From assembly GCA_004431415.1 (NCBI GenBank), contig QPMI01000170.1, positions 62,001 through 126,000 of the forward strand: DNA of 64,000 nt. Reading direction: 5' to 3'. Below the pieces are notes generated by a model. The model had not been told where the DNA came from, ran no database searches, and saw only the letters and a list, made by a program, of their open reading frames with translations. The position numbers were made by a program, and so were the translations under genes. The DNA comes from Cyanophora paradoxa CCMP329. Taxonomy: Eukaryota; Plantae; Glaucophyta. Shown piece by piece: positions 36,119 through 47,278 of the stretch; the first letter of the stretch is position 1; the number at the start of each line of letters is the position of its first letter.

Positions 36119-37794
36119 TCAGTAGTTCTTGGTGGGCGGGGTGTACTTGGAGAGGTCGAGCTTCTGGAAGTAGGCGATGGTGTGGGCGAGGCCCTGGGCG
36201 AGGGGCACCTGGGCGGGGGCGTGAGCGAGGGGCGGGGGGGGCCGAGGGGGGGAGGGGGCGGGGCGGGGCGCCTTGGGCCTCCACCCGGCGAGCTGGGCGA
36301 AGGCGAGGGAGTTGTCGGGCCTCCGCCGCGTCGGGTCGTCCTCGGGGAGCTCCTTGTGCACCACCCGCGAGCCCGAGCCCGGCGTCAGCTTCAGCACCAG
36401 CTCCGCCAGCTCCTTCATGTTGAACTCGTCCGGGTTCCCCAGGTTCACCGGCCCTGGCCCCGCCCCTCAGCGCCCCGCCCCGCCCCCGCGCCGGGCGCCG
36501 GGAGGGGGGTACCGAGGAAGCCGTCGCTCTGGTTCATCATGCGGACCATGCCCTCGACGAGGTCGGAGACGTACTGGAAGGAGCGCGTCTGCTGCCCGTC
36601 CCCGAAGATCGTGATGTCCTCCCCATTCACGGCCTGCCGCACGAAGTTCGACACCACCCGCCCGTCGTACGGGTGCATCTTCGGCCCGTACGTGTTGAAG
36701 ATCCGGATCACCCTGCGCCCCGCTCGCCCCCGCCCCGCTGCCGCGCCCCCGCGCGCCGGCTGCGCACCGTACTTCCGTCTTGTACATGCGGTTGTAGTCG
36801 AACATCAGCGTCTCGCCCGCCCTCTTACCTTCGTCGTAGCACGCTCGCGGCCCTATCGGGTTAACGTTGCCCCTGTATGTTTCCACCTGCGCGGGGGAGG
36901 GGGGGTTAGGGAGGCGCAGGGCGCGAGGCGCTGCGGGAAAGGAAAGGAAAGAAAGCACTCGCCTGCGGATGCTCCAGAGGGTCCCCGTACACCTCACTCG
37001 TCGACGCCTGAAGAATGCGCGCGCCGTGCTCTCTGCCCCCGCCCAATCAGGGCCCTGCCGCCCACCGCCTCCGCAACCACGGGCCCCACCTTGCGAGGTC
37101 CAGCATGTTCATCGTCCCGATCACTGCGGTCTTCATTGTCTTGACGGGATCGTACTGCAAACGCGGTTGGCCGCCGGGGCAGCGCGCGCGCGCGCGCGCG
37201 CCGACTGACGGACCTGGTAGTGACCAGGGGCGGCGGGGCACGCCAGGTGGTAGATCTGGTCGAGCTTCTCGGGCGAGGCCCACTTTTCCTGCAGCGCAAG
37301 CAAGCACGTAGCTTAGCGGCGGGACGCGGCGCGGGGCGAATGGCGCTGGGCCCGCTTGCCGGCACACTCTAGCTCGAGCGCGACTGAAGACGCAAGACGA
37401 ACCACGACATCGTGCTCGACGAGAGTGAAGTTCGGATGGCTCAGCAGATCTGCTACGTTGCTCACGACTCCCGTGAACATGTTGTCTAAGCCTGGCGAGT
37501 CTCGCGGTCAGCGCGGGCGGATAGGGTGGGCATTATGTCATTGGCCGCTGAGAAGGGTTGCGGACACACAGACGACCTTGTGGCCTTCATTGATGAGGCG
37601 CTCGCACAAGTGGGAGCCGACGAAGCCGGCGCCTCCCGTCTGCGAGGTGGCGCGGAGGGCGGGCACGGGATCAGCACAGGCCTCGAGCGCTGACTCAAGG
37701 AGCGGCGCCAGGAGTCTCTGACGGAGCTGCGAGAGGAGGGCGAGTGGGGGCGGTTGCGGACCACGAGGATTCGTTTCTTTCCGCTTTCGACCAT
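36119..37794 (-). CDS. UXS1: UDP-glucuronic acid decarboxylase (UDP-xylose synthase)
   Basis: [76 protein letters not shown] and DDPTRRRPD. Confidence 0.96.
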
Positions 37795-38033
37795 CTCGCT
37801 GTGTTTGAGGATCCGGGCTGCCAAGTTGCAGGGACAACTTGCCGCGCGCCCGAGGGGGGATGAGGTGGGCGAGAGTACTGTAGCCCCGCTCGAGTCGGCC
37901 AAATCGCAACCGAAAGAGAGGGTACTGCTGTTCGGACTGCGCCGAAAGGCCCAATAACTGGTTTGACAAGTACTTGAGCGGCTGAATTCGAAGCGCGCAC
38001 TCGGGCTCGATCACTCCACAAGCTCTAGAGAAG

Positions 38034-39814
38034 ATGTCGGCCGCCTTCGTCGTCCAGGCCCCCCTCGCGGCGCCCCGCTCCGCCCCTTCCACGCGTCCCC
38101 AGCTGCAGCTCCAGGAGCGCCCCGCCGTCCGCCACCAGTTCACGCGTACTTCCGCGCGCACACGTAGCTTCGATGTCTCCCAGTCCGTTAGCCCTCTCGT
38201 CCTCGCCTCCGGTGCGCCTCGCGAAGCTTCGCGGCGGTTGGGGCGGCTAAGCTGCTGGGGCGCACGCGCCCTCTTGAGTCGGGATCGGGCATGCGTTCTC
38301 GGACTGATCAATATCTTATGATCTTTTCGCAGCCGACAAGAAGGTCGAGACGGCCTTGAGCGGCGCGTCGGCCGCCCTGAAGGGCGCCGCGCGCGCCCTG
38401 AACATCACCGTTGACACCATTTCGACTGCCGCGCGCGCAAGTGCGTGTGAGAATGTAGTCCCAGGCGTAGCGTTGTGCTGGAGGGCTAACTGACGCTGCC
38501 TGCGCGCAGTGTCCTCCGCCGCGGAGTCCGTCGAGGACGCGGCTCGCACCGTCGGTAAGCAAGCTTGCACCTCGCTCGGGGCGATGAGCATCCATCTGAA
38601 CTGTTGCGCGCGCAGCCGGCACGGACAGCTCGTCCTCGTTCAGCTCTGCGGCGTACAGCTCGAGCTCGAGCCAGTCCTACGGCTCTTCCTCCAGCTGTGA
38701 GCGCCCGTTTTCTGCCCACGCCCTTTCAGCCTTGTCGACACTTACGATTCACCAGCGATCGCGGCGCCCCCGTCGGGCTACAGCGCCCCGACCTACTCGG
38801 CGCCGCCGGTGACCGTCGGCTCGGGCTACTCGATCGCGTCGAAGCCGGCGAACATGAGCCCGCCGCGCTCGACTCAGATCACGCCCTCGGGCCCCGGCTA
38901 CAGCATCGCGTCGAAGCCGATGAACGTCAGCCCGTCGCGCTCGACCACGCAGACCCCGTCGGGCCCCGGCTACAGCATCGCGGCCAAGCCCGGCACCTAC
39001 GGCACCACGAACTACTCGCAGTTCTCGGCCCCCGTCGCCCCCGCCGCCCCGGCCTACAGCGCCCCGGCCCCGGCCTACAGCGCGCCCACCAGCTGTGCGC
39101 CCCCCGCCCCCGCGCCATGCGCGCCGCACGGCCCTGACGGGGTCGCCGCGCAGCCATCGCGGCCCCCCCGTCGGGCTACAGCGCCCCGAAGCCGGCCCCC
39201 GTCCCCGTCAACGTCGGCACCGGCTACTGTGCGCCCTCGTTCCCCCCGCCCTCACTCTTCATTCTTCTGACTCGCGCCCAGCGATCGCGTCCAAGCCTGC
39301 CGGCTACACCGCCCCTGCCCCGGCCCGCGCCCCTGTGCCCTCGGGCTCCGGCTACAGCATTGCTTCGCCCCCGGCCGGCTTTGTTCCGCGCCCGGTCTCT
39401 CCCCGCCCGATGGCTCCCCGCCCGGTCTCCCCGGCCCCCGCCTACGGCGCTCGCCCCATGTCGCCCGCCCCCGTTGCCCGCCCGCCCGTGCCCTCGGGCT
39501 CCGGCTACAGTATTGCTTCGCCCCCGGCCGGCTTTGTTCCGCGCCCGGTCTCTCCCCGCCCGATGGCTCCCCGCCCGGTCTCCCCGGCCCCCGCCTACGG
39601 CGCTCGCCCCATGTCGCCCGCCCCCGTTGCCCGCCCGCCCGTGCCCTCGGGCTCCGGCTACAGCATTGCTTCGCCCCCGGCCGGATTCGTTCCGCGTCCG
39701 GTCTCGCCGGCTCCCTACGGCCGCCCCGTGTCTCCCCGCCCGGTCGCGCCGTCCCGGGCCCCGGTCCCGTCCGGCCCCGGCTACTCGATCGCGGCCCCTC
39801 CCGCCCGCCGCTAA
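38034..39814 (+). CDS. Plastid-targeted, intrinsically disordered Pro/Ser/Ala/Tyr repeat protein with about 10 (GY)SIA[SA][PK]P motifs; candidate Rubisco-condensate linker
   Basis: Transit peptide MSAAFVVQAPLAAPR, a short Ala-rich helix, then a repeat region without Asp or Glu. It contains 153-nt (51-aa) tandem units starting at 39335, 39488 and 39641. Confidence 0.8.
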
Positions 39815-40142
39815 AGAGACTCGGTGCTCCGTAGCGAAGCTCGAGTAGCGTAGGTGCTGCTGTAGTTGATTTGCTTCACGCTTTTGCAATTGCATTTCCC
39901 TTCAACCTTGGTCATCGGATCATCGCGCGCTGCCTCGGCTTCGCCGCGTTTGTGAGGGCGGGCACTGCTTTCAGGGCTCTGCCAGGCTGCCAGGCTGATC
40001 ATGAGCATCCGACTTCGGTGCGGCACTGCTTTCAGGGCTCTGCCAGGCTGATCAGCGCGCGGCTGCGGGTTGCGTGCATGCGACAACGCGCGCGGGCGCG
40101 CATTTGCAAGCGCGGAATTCGAGTTCACCCCCGGGCCCGGCC

Positions 40143-41387
40143 ATGGAAGATGAAGGGGCTCCCTGCAGCTGGCCATGGCATCCCCAGGACTCCCCCATCG
40201 CGATCGATCGGAAAGCTTGGAGGGTACTAGGTACAGAGGAGACAAGGACCCGAAACGACGAAGCATGGATGGCAGCGCGCCGGAGCGCGCGTTTCCTGAG
40301 CTGTGACATCGATCGCTTGTGCAGCCATCGCTCGGCGCGAGTCAGCAGCTCGACGCTTCGCACTGCTCGACGGCGGTTACTCTTCGCGCGCCCCCAAGGT
40401 CCTCGCACCAGGTACAGCGAGGCAAGGGCTCGTGGGATCGCGCATACTGACATATTCAGCGCTACGCAGTCCCGTCACTCTGCACCGCGGACCGTATCGC
40501 GCGCGGCCGCGGCCGCGGTGGCCAGACCCGTCGGCCTGGGCCATCAAGCCAGAACTGCACTTCAACGTTCGGCTGCAACGCAAGGAGCGTCACCGCATCA
40601 TCTCTGCGCTGTCTAGAAGTCGCCGGAACGCGTGAAACCTTTGTTGCGTGAAGCGTTGGTTTCATCGCACGGTGTACGCGTACGGCGCGCGCAGTGCGGC
40701 ACACTCATCCCCTTTGACGGTTGGTTGGTTCCGCATGGACAGACTATCATCGTCGGCGATGGGGGCGGGGCAGTCGGGCGAGGAGTGCCCTCGAAGTTGT
40801 AAGAGCACGTGGTGCGGGTTTCTGCCGCCGCCGGAGCCGGCAGCAGGCCCATCGGATATTCTGCGCTCGATCGACAAGGCGTCCCCCGGGAAACCGCTGC
40901 CGCCTCGGCCCGAGAGGACGCCACCCCCGGAGATCGAGATGATCGAGCGCGCCGTCAGCGACAGGTGCCGCGCGGCCGGCCCCGATCCCCCCTCGGCAAC
41001 CCCTCTCCCCACGTGCCGCAAGAGTCCGACAGTCGAACCTCCCCTGCAGCGCTTTCTCGTCTAGCGCGCCCCTGGACGAAGTCTTCCTCCGAATGCACGC
41101 GGATCTGATACAAAACGGCCTCCAGCGTGCTTCATCGTGCCCCGAGCGCTACGGGTGTGCCGCGGCGCCCGGCCTGGCTCCGCCATTCGGGCTCGGGACC
41201 ACCGCCCACGGCGGCGCTCACCTTCCGAGGCAGGATCACCGGCCGGCGGCGGCGTCAGGTGGACCACGCAGAGAATGTTTGGCTGCCGATGCCCCGCTCA
41301 TCTGGAAATGCCGGGCCCGCGGACTCGTACAAGTTCGGCGGGATTCGAAGATCCGCAGACGGGGCGGCGGGCGTCTTCCCCAACTGA
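40143..41387 (+). CDS. Hypothetical protein (multi-exon, uncertain)
   Basis: Coding-like segments MEDEGAPCSWPWHPQD, WPDPSAWAIKPELHFNVRL, DILRSIDKASPGKPLPPRPE and DSYKFGGIRRS; no family recognised. Confidence 0.4.
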
Positions 41388-41534
41388 TCCCGACGTCCTG
41401 GCATGCACATGCCAGGCCACTCGCCGAGTTGCCCGGCGGCCGTTCCGGTGCCGGTGAGGACGCTATCCCCGAGTCCCGGCGGCCGCGGCACGGCCGGCCA
41501 CCCGGGCCCGCGCGTCCCATTGCGTACGTTCCTC

Positions 41535-42060
41535 GTTAACTAGATATTTATTCATACTATTAAGTAAATACAGTATATTAGTAGATCCGAGTTCATAGTA
41601 CTATAGTACTAGTATTAGTTCTAGTATACGTACTGTACATGTACATGTATCACGCGTACGGGCGTTAGTATTCACATTTGCCAAGTTGCATGGCGTTGCC
41701 GCAGTGCGCGTATGCCAAGTTGCCGCGTACATGCGCATGCCGCAGTGCGCGCGCGCGCAGGCAGACTCTGAGATCCGATGATCTAGACCCAGCTGCAGAT
41801 CTCTAGACGTCGACCCAGCTGCAGATCTCTAGACCCAGCTGCAGCCTGGCAGCTGCAGATCTAGACCGTCGGACCCAGCTGCAGATCTAGCTTGAAGATC
41901 GATACCGTAGTACGATAAGATCGACGCGCGCCGATCCGCCGGCCGGCGGCCCGGCGCCGCGGCGCGGCGCCGGCGCCCGGCGGGGCCGATGATCGATATC
42001 GATATCGATATCGATCATCGGATATCGCGATCGCGCGAGGCACCGGAGCGGCGCGCAGGG
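41535..42060. repeat. Palindrome-saturated low-complexity intergenic DNA with short tandem units (gacccagctgcagatctcta)
   Basis: Runs such as acatgtacatgt, cagctgcagatctctagacgtcgac and gatatcgatatcgatatcgatc. Confidence 0.85.
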
Positions 42061-42298
42061 ACATGAATGCGAGCACACACGCAAACGCATGCCGGTGCAC
42101 GTGCGGCCGTGATGCGAACGTTAACGTGCCACGGTGCGCGCGCGCCTGGTACATGCCAGTCGCGAAGAATTGATCGTGCGGGGTACAGCGCGCGGGGATC
42201 GTGCGAACTCGGTGAACCAGCGTGAAGCGTCCCTGATCGAGTCGGTTGCGGGAGAAGCCTTTGAAGGTGCACCACACGCAGGAGAGTACGGATTCAAA

Positions 42299-45200
42299 AT
42301 GCCGGGCGGGGACCAGCCGTCGTTCGAGCGCTCCGTCCTGATCTACAGCAAGGACCAGGTGCTTCAAAGCAAGCCCTGTGCATTGACGCAGCTCAGGCGG
42401 GCGCGGGCGCTGCCGCAGGTGTGCGTGCACCCCTCCGATGACAGAAGCGAGCGGATCTGTGGCAAGCTCACACTTGAAAAAGTGCCCGCTTACAGCGCCG
42501 TATTCGTACGTACGCTGAGCGCCGCGCAGCTGTCGCAAAACGCGATCCTCCTCGAGTGGAAGCCGGCGCAGCTGCAGACGCACGGGCGGCAGGCGCAGCA
42601 CATGAAGCCTCCGTATGCTCAATCGATGTCCTCCGCGTCTTCCTCGGCGCCTCCAGCCGGCGATGAATTTGTGATGGTCTCTCGCGGTTTATTCCGCCGC
42701 CACGCGGACCAGAGCGCCACAGGCGAGCCGCCTCCTCAAGAAGCGGGTGATATCTCTTGCTCAGCTCCGCAGCAGGGAGCTCAAACGGAACCCGCGCGAC
42801 GGCGCCGGCCCCGCAGCAGTCGGTGCCGGCGCCGACGCCGGCAGCGCCGCGCTCGCATAGCAGCGCCGAACTGTACGCGGTCCGCGTGATGGTAACAATT
42901 TTGAGTATATAACTCATTAGGTAGAGCATTTGACTTTTAATCAAGTTCTCTTAGGTGAGCGATATCCAAAGCTTCCGAAAGTTCATCCCCCCGCCGGTCT
43001 GTCGTGCACCGCTCCGCGGGCCGCGCGGCGCTGCATGAGGCGTCCCTTGGAACGCAGCTCGGTGGCTTCCCGCAGCTCATCATCAAGACGAAGAGCGGGC
43101 TCGGTGCGTCACCCCACCTCCCCTCCACCCACCTGCCCTCCCTCGATCGCCTAACACGGCCCTCTGCTCAGCGTACCCGCCCCTGTACTTCCACGACAGG
43201 CAAGGGCCCCCGCCGCCAAAACCGCCGCCCTTGCACCGCGTCGATCCGGCCGCAGCGGCCTGAAGGATTTCTTCAACGCTATGAAGGAGCACGTGACGGT
43301 CGCGCGGTGCGGCGGGCCGGCGGCGCGCGCGGCGCGGGGCGGGCGCGGGGGCGCGACGGCGGGGGCGGCAGGTCGCCGGACGACCCGAACGAAATTGAGG
43401 TCCTCTGTGAGGATGGGGACCTCCAGGCGAGCCGCGCGCCCCGCCCCCGGCCCCCCTCGGCTCCACTCCCCTCAAAGCGACCGCAGGGGACGGGCGGGGA
43501 GGGGGCGGGGGGCGTGCGGGTGGGGCCCCGCGTCGGCCTCTCCCCGGGCGCTTTCCGAGACCTCGTCGCGATGCAGGCGCACGCCGCGCCCCGCCCCCGC
43601 CGCCCCCCGCCCCGCCCCATGCCAACCCACACCGCAGCGCGCCCTGAGCGTGGGCGCCACCCCCGGCTCGCCCCCCGCGGCAGGCAACCCAGTCGAGAAG
43701 GTACGAGTGACGAACTGGGCTTCACTGCACTGCTGATGCGCCGCGCAGCTCGTGTGGTCGGGCCTTCGCGAGCTCTCCAAGGTTACTCGCCTTGCCCGTC
43801 ACGGCGCCCGTGCGCCCGCCCGGCCTCCAGCCGCCCCCGCCCAGCACTGAGTCGCTCGCACAGACCAACTCGCCGGCGGGCTGCGCGGCCTGCAGCAGAG
43901 CATGGAGGGGGCGGCCCGGCGCGCCGTCTCGCCGCAGCCGCCGGCGCAGCGCGGGGTGGAGGACGGGGAGGGGGCCGGCAGGCCGGCGGCCGCCGCCCAC
44001 GGGGACGACTTCGTTCTCATCGAGGACGCCGTTCGCCCGCCCGCCGCGGGGCCCTCCTCTGGCCCTCACCCCGCCGCAGTCGACGCCTCTCTTCGGCCTG
44101 CGCCGGCCCCGCGGGCCCGAGCTCTCCCCCGAAGAGTGGACGACCCTCGTGCCTCCTGCCGCCCGCCGCCCCGCCCCCGCCGCCGGAGGGGGCGACGGGG
44201 CGGGCAGGTGGACGAGGAGGGGCGGGTGCGGGACGCGGGACGCGTGCGGGCGCGCATCGCGAGCGGCGGCCTCTCCGAGGAGCTCCGGCCCCTCGTCTGG
44301 CGCTTCCTCCTCGGCCTCTACCCCTGGGACTCCTCCTACGCCGACCGCGAGCGCATCGACGCCCAGAAGCGGCGCGCCCGCCCGCCGCACCCCGCGCGCA
44401 CCCCCGCCGGCGTCGGCGGCTCACGGGGCGGGCAGGGCTGAGTACGAGGCGGTGAAGCAGCAGTGGGCGTCGATCACGGGGGCGCAGGAGGCGCGCTTCG
44501 CGAAGTTCCGGGAGCGGCGCTCCCGCATCGAGAAGGACGTCGTCCGCACCGACCGCGAGCTCGAGTTCTACGCGGGGCCCGACGACCAGAACGCCAACCT
44601 CGCCGCCCTCCACTGCATCCTCCTCACCTACGCCTTCTACAACTTCGACTTGGGCGCGCTCGCCCCGCCGGCCCCGCCGGCCCCGCCCGCGGCGCCGGCT
44701 GAGGGGCGCGGGGGCCCCAGGCTACTGCCAGGGGATGAGCGACATGGCGGCGCCGATCCTCTACGTCGTGCGCGACGAGGCCCTCGCCTTCTGGTGCTTC
44801 TGCGGGCGAGCCACTCCTCCTCCTCCTCGCCCCGCCCCGCCCCGGCCCCGCTGCTCACGTGCGCGGCGGGGCGGGCCGGCAGGCTGCTGGACGGGCGGGG
44901 GATGGCGAGCAACTTCACGAAGGACCAGGCGGCGATGCAGGCGCAGCTCCTCGAGCTCTCCAGGCCCGCGCCCCCCCCCCCCCTCTGCCGCCCTGGGCTC
45001 CGGGGGCGCGGCGCGGGGCCGGCTGACGGGGCGCAGCATCGTGCGGACCGTGGACCCGGCGCTCCACGAGCACCTCTCGATGAACGGCTGCGGCAACTTC
45101 TTCTTTGCCTTCCGCTGGGTCGTGCGCCCGCCCGCCCCCCCCCCCCCCCCCCCCCCCCCCCCGCGCCCCCGGCCCCGTCCCCGTCGCCCCTCGACGCTTC

Positions 45201-45850
45201 GCGCTCCGACTCGCGCCCGGCGCAGCTCATAATCTTCAAGAGGGAGTTCGAGATGCACCAGGTGCTGCGGCTGTGGGAGATGGCGTGGAGCAGCGAGCTG
45301 CCGCGCCTGCCCCTCTACCTCGCCGCCGCACTCATCGTCCAGGCCAGGCGCGCCCCCGCCCCGCCCTCGCCCTCGCCCCCGCGCCCCTCGCCCGCCTCAA
45401 AGCCGGGGGCGACGGGGGCAGGGAGCGGATCGTGAAGGGGCGGATGGAGTTCGACGAGGTGCTCAAGTTCGCCAACTCCCTCGCCGGCCAGCTCGACGTC
45501 GACGAGTGCGCCCCGGGCCCCGCCCCGCCCCCGCCCCGCGCCCCCCGACGCCCCCGGCCCCCAGGTGCATCACCGCGGCCGAGGCGATGCAAAGGCGGCA
45601 CGCCGCCCTCCTCGAAGGGGCGCACCCCCGCGCCCCTTCTCCCACCCCTCCCGCCCCCTCGCCGGCCCCCGCCGCCCCTGCTCCGGCCATCCCAGCCCCC
45701 TCGACGGGCCCCGCGACCGCCGGCCCCACGTCGCCCCCGCATGACTCCTCTTTGGCCCCCGCGTGCCCTTCGGCGGCCCCAGCCGCTTCAGGATCCTTAA
45801 GCTCATCGGCATCAGGGACCGCCGCCCCCGACCAGCATCCACAAACGTGA
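42299..45850 (+). CDS. TBC1D15/Gyp7-like Rab GTPase-activating protein (N-terminal PH-like domain plus TBC domain)
   Basis: LIYSKDQVCVHP, GGLSEELRPLVWRFLLGLYPWDS, IEKDVVRTDR (Arg finger), GYCQGMSD (Gln finger) and FFAFRW-LIIFKREF. Confidence 0.93.
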
Positions 45851-46243
45851 GGCGCCGCGACGGATGGTTGCGCCGCCCGGCCCAGCTCCTACCGTTAACT
45901 TAGTGATGTCGAGCTCGTCCCGCTGCAAACAGCAGCTGCGCTAGCAATTGCGAGAAGTGGCTATGGAGCGCTTAGTTTGCTTGAGCCACGAATTCGAAGC
46001 CCCGTATCGGTCGCGCTAGGCACGGGCCTCCGCAATGCAACCGCCGGCGCCCGCCATCGCGACTCGTTCGTTAAACGCAGATGACAGGTCCTGGCGCCAT
46101 GCCAAGATACTCGTTCGTCACGGCGTTTAACGCAGATGATAGGTCCTGGCGCCATGCGCCACACATAGAGGGAGCTGAGCCGCGGGAGCTGTTTGTTCTA
46201 CGGCTAGAAGATGGAAATCTGTGGATTGTGGCGAAGATTTCCT

Positions 46244-46408
46244 CTGCTCTTTACACGGTAGCTACACGCCCACACGCTACGTGCTGGTACCCGGGGGATG
46301 CCGGGCCCGTAGGGGGATAGTAGAGCAGTGCCAGAAACGCAAGCCTCGAAAAACGAGGCGCGAACCCAGCTACCCCCGTCTGCGAGGCCTATCCTTGGAA
46401 GGCGGCCA
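46244..46408. repeat. Dispersed repeat family B, copy 2
   Basis: First ~90 bp identical to 15414 onward; the remainder is diverged. Confidence 0.9.
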
Positions 46409-46534
46409 GCTATTCCTCTGCAGCCGCTGCTTTCTGCCGCCTCCGATGCGCGGCGAAGGTCTCGTGAGGCCACCAAGCACCGGTCTCGCCTCGATCTTGT
46501 CGAATGCACGCGGGACGTGCCGCTTGCTTCCCGC

Positions 46535-47132
46535 TCACACCTTCCGCATGAGGAGGTAGATGCGCGAGTCGACCTGCAGAGACTGCAGGTTGCGAGGGTC
46601 GCCCTTTATCTGCATCAGCAGGCCGCCGAATGAGGCCACCGCAGCGCTGCTCGGGATGTTAGCGTGCGCGGCGCCGGGATGACTAGCGCGCTCACACTCG
46701 GAGCGCCGACGAGGACTCCTGCGTGTACTTGAAGACTTTGCCGTACATGACGTACTCGTACTTGTCGGCGAGCGAAGCGTAGTTGCTCTGGTCGTAGACA
46801 CCCTCGTCCGGCTTGCCTGCGCAGCAACTGAGCCCGGCAGTCCACCCCAGTCGCGAACGCCGGCGGCACCATCCAAATGCAGCGTGCTCGCTAGCGCGAG
46901 ACTGAACTTGTTGCCCGCCTCCATCGGATATACATCGGTGTTGATGTCCAGCACCAGGTCCAGCTCGTAGTTCTCGCTCCTGCACTCCAGACGCGAGACT
47001 GCGCGAGGCGGTGTCAAAGCTGGCGAGCGGCTAAGAGCTAGAGTTCAATCGCGCGCCTTTGTCGAACTTCTTGCCGTCCTTGTCGACCTCCTTGATGTCG
47101 AAAATGTCCTCCAGCAGGATCGCGCTACTCAT
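46535..47132 (-). CDS. RPB8: DNA-directed RNA polymerases I/II/III shared subunit RPB8
   Basis: ILLEDIFDIKEVDKDGKKFDKVSRL, LVLDINTDVYPM, SLADKYEYVMYGKVFK, SFGGLLMQIKGD and IYLLMRKV*. Confidence 0.97.
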
Positions 47133-47278
47133 TGCGGATCAGCGGTGCTCTCAACAGTAGCCCTACCCTTTTGTCTTTTGGAATACTTCTTTGGGCAAGT
47201 TGCGACCAAGCAAGGCTTAGCGGTAACGAAGCAGTTCGTTCACGGGGTACGCTGTTCACGGCACACAGCGGAGGAGCA

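Noticed and set aside
36119-37794. UXS as part of the proposed CO2-concentrating cluster
   Set aside because: It is an ordinary housekeeping enzyme with no transit peptide and no shared motif, so its position is probably incidental.
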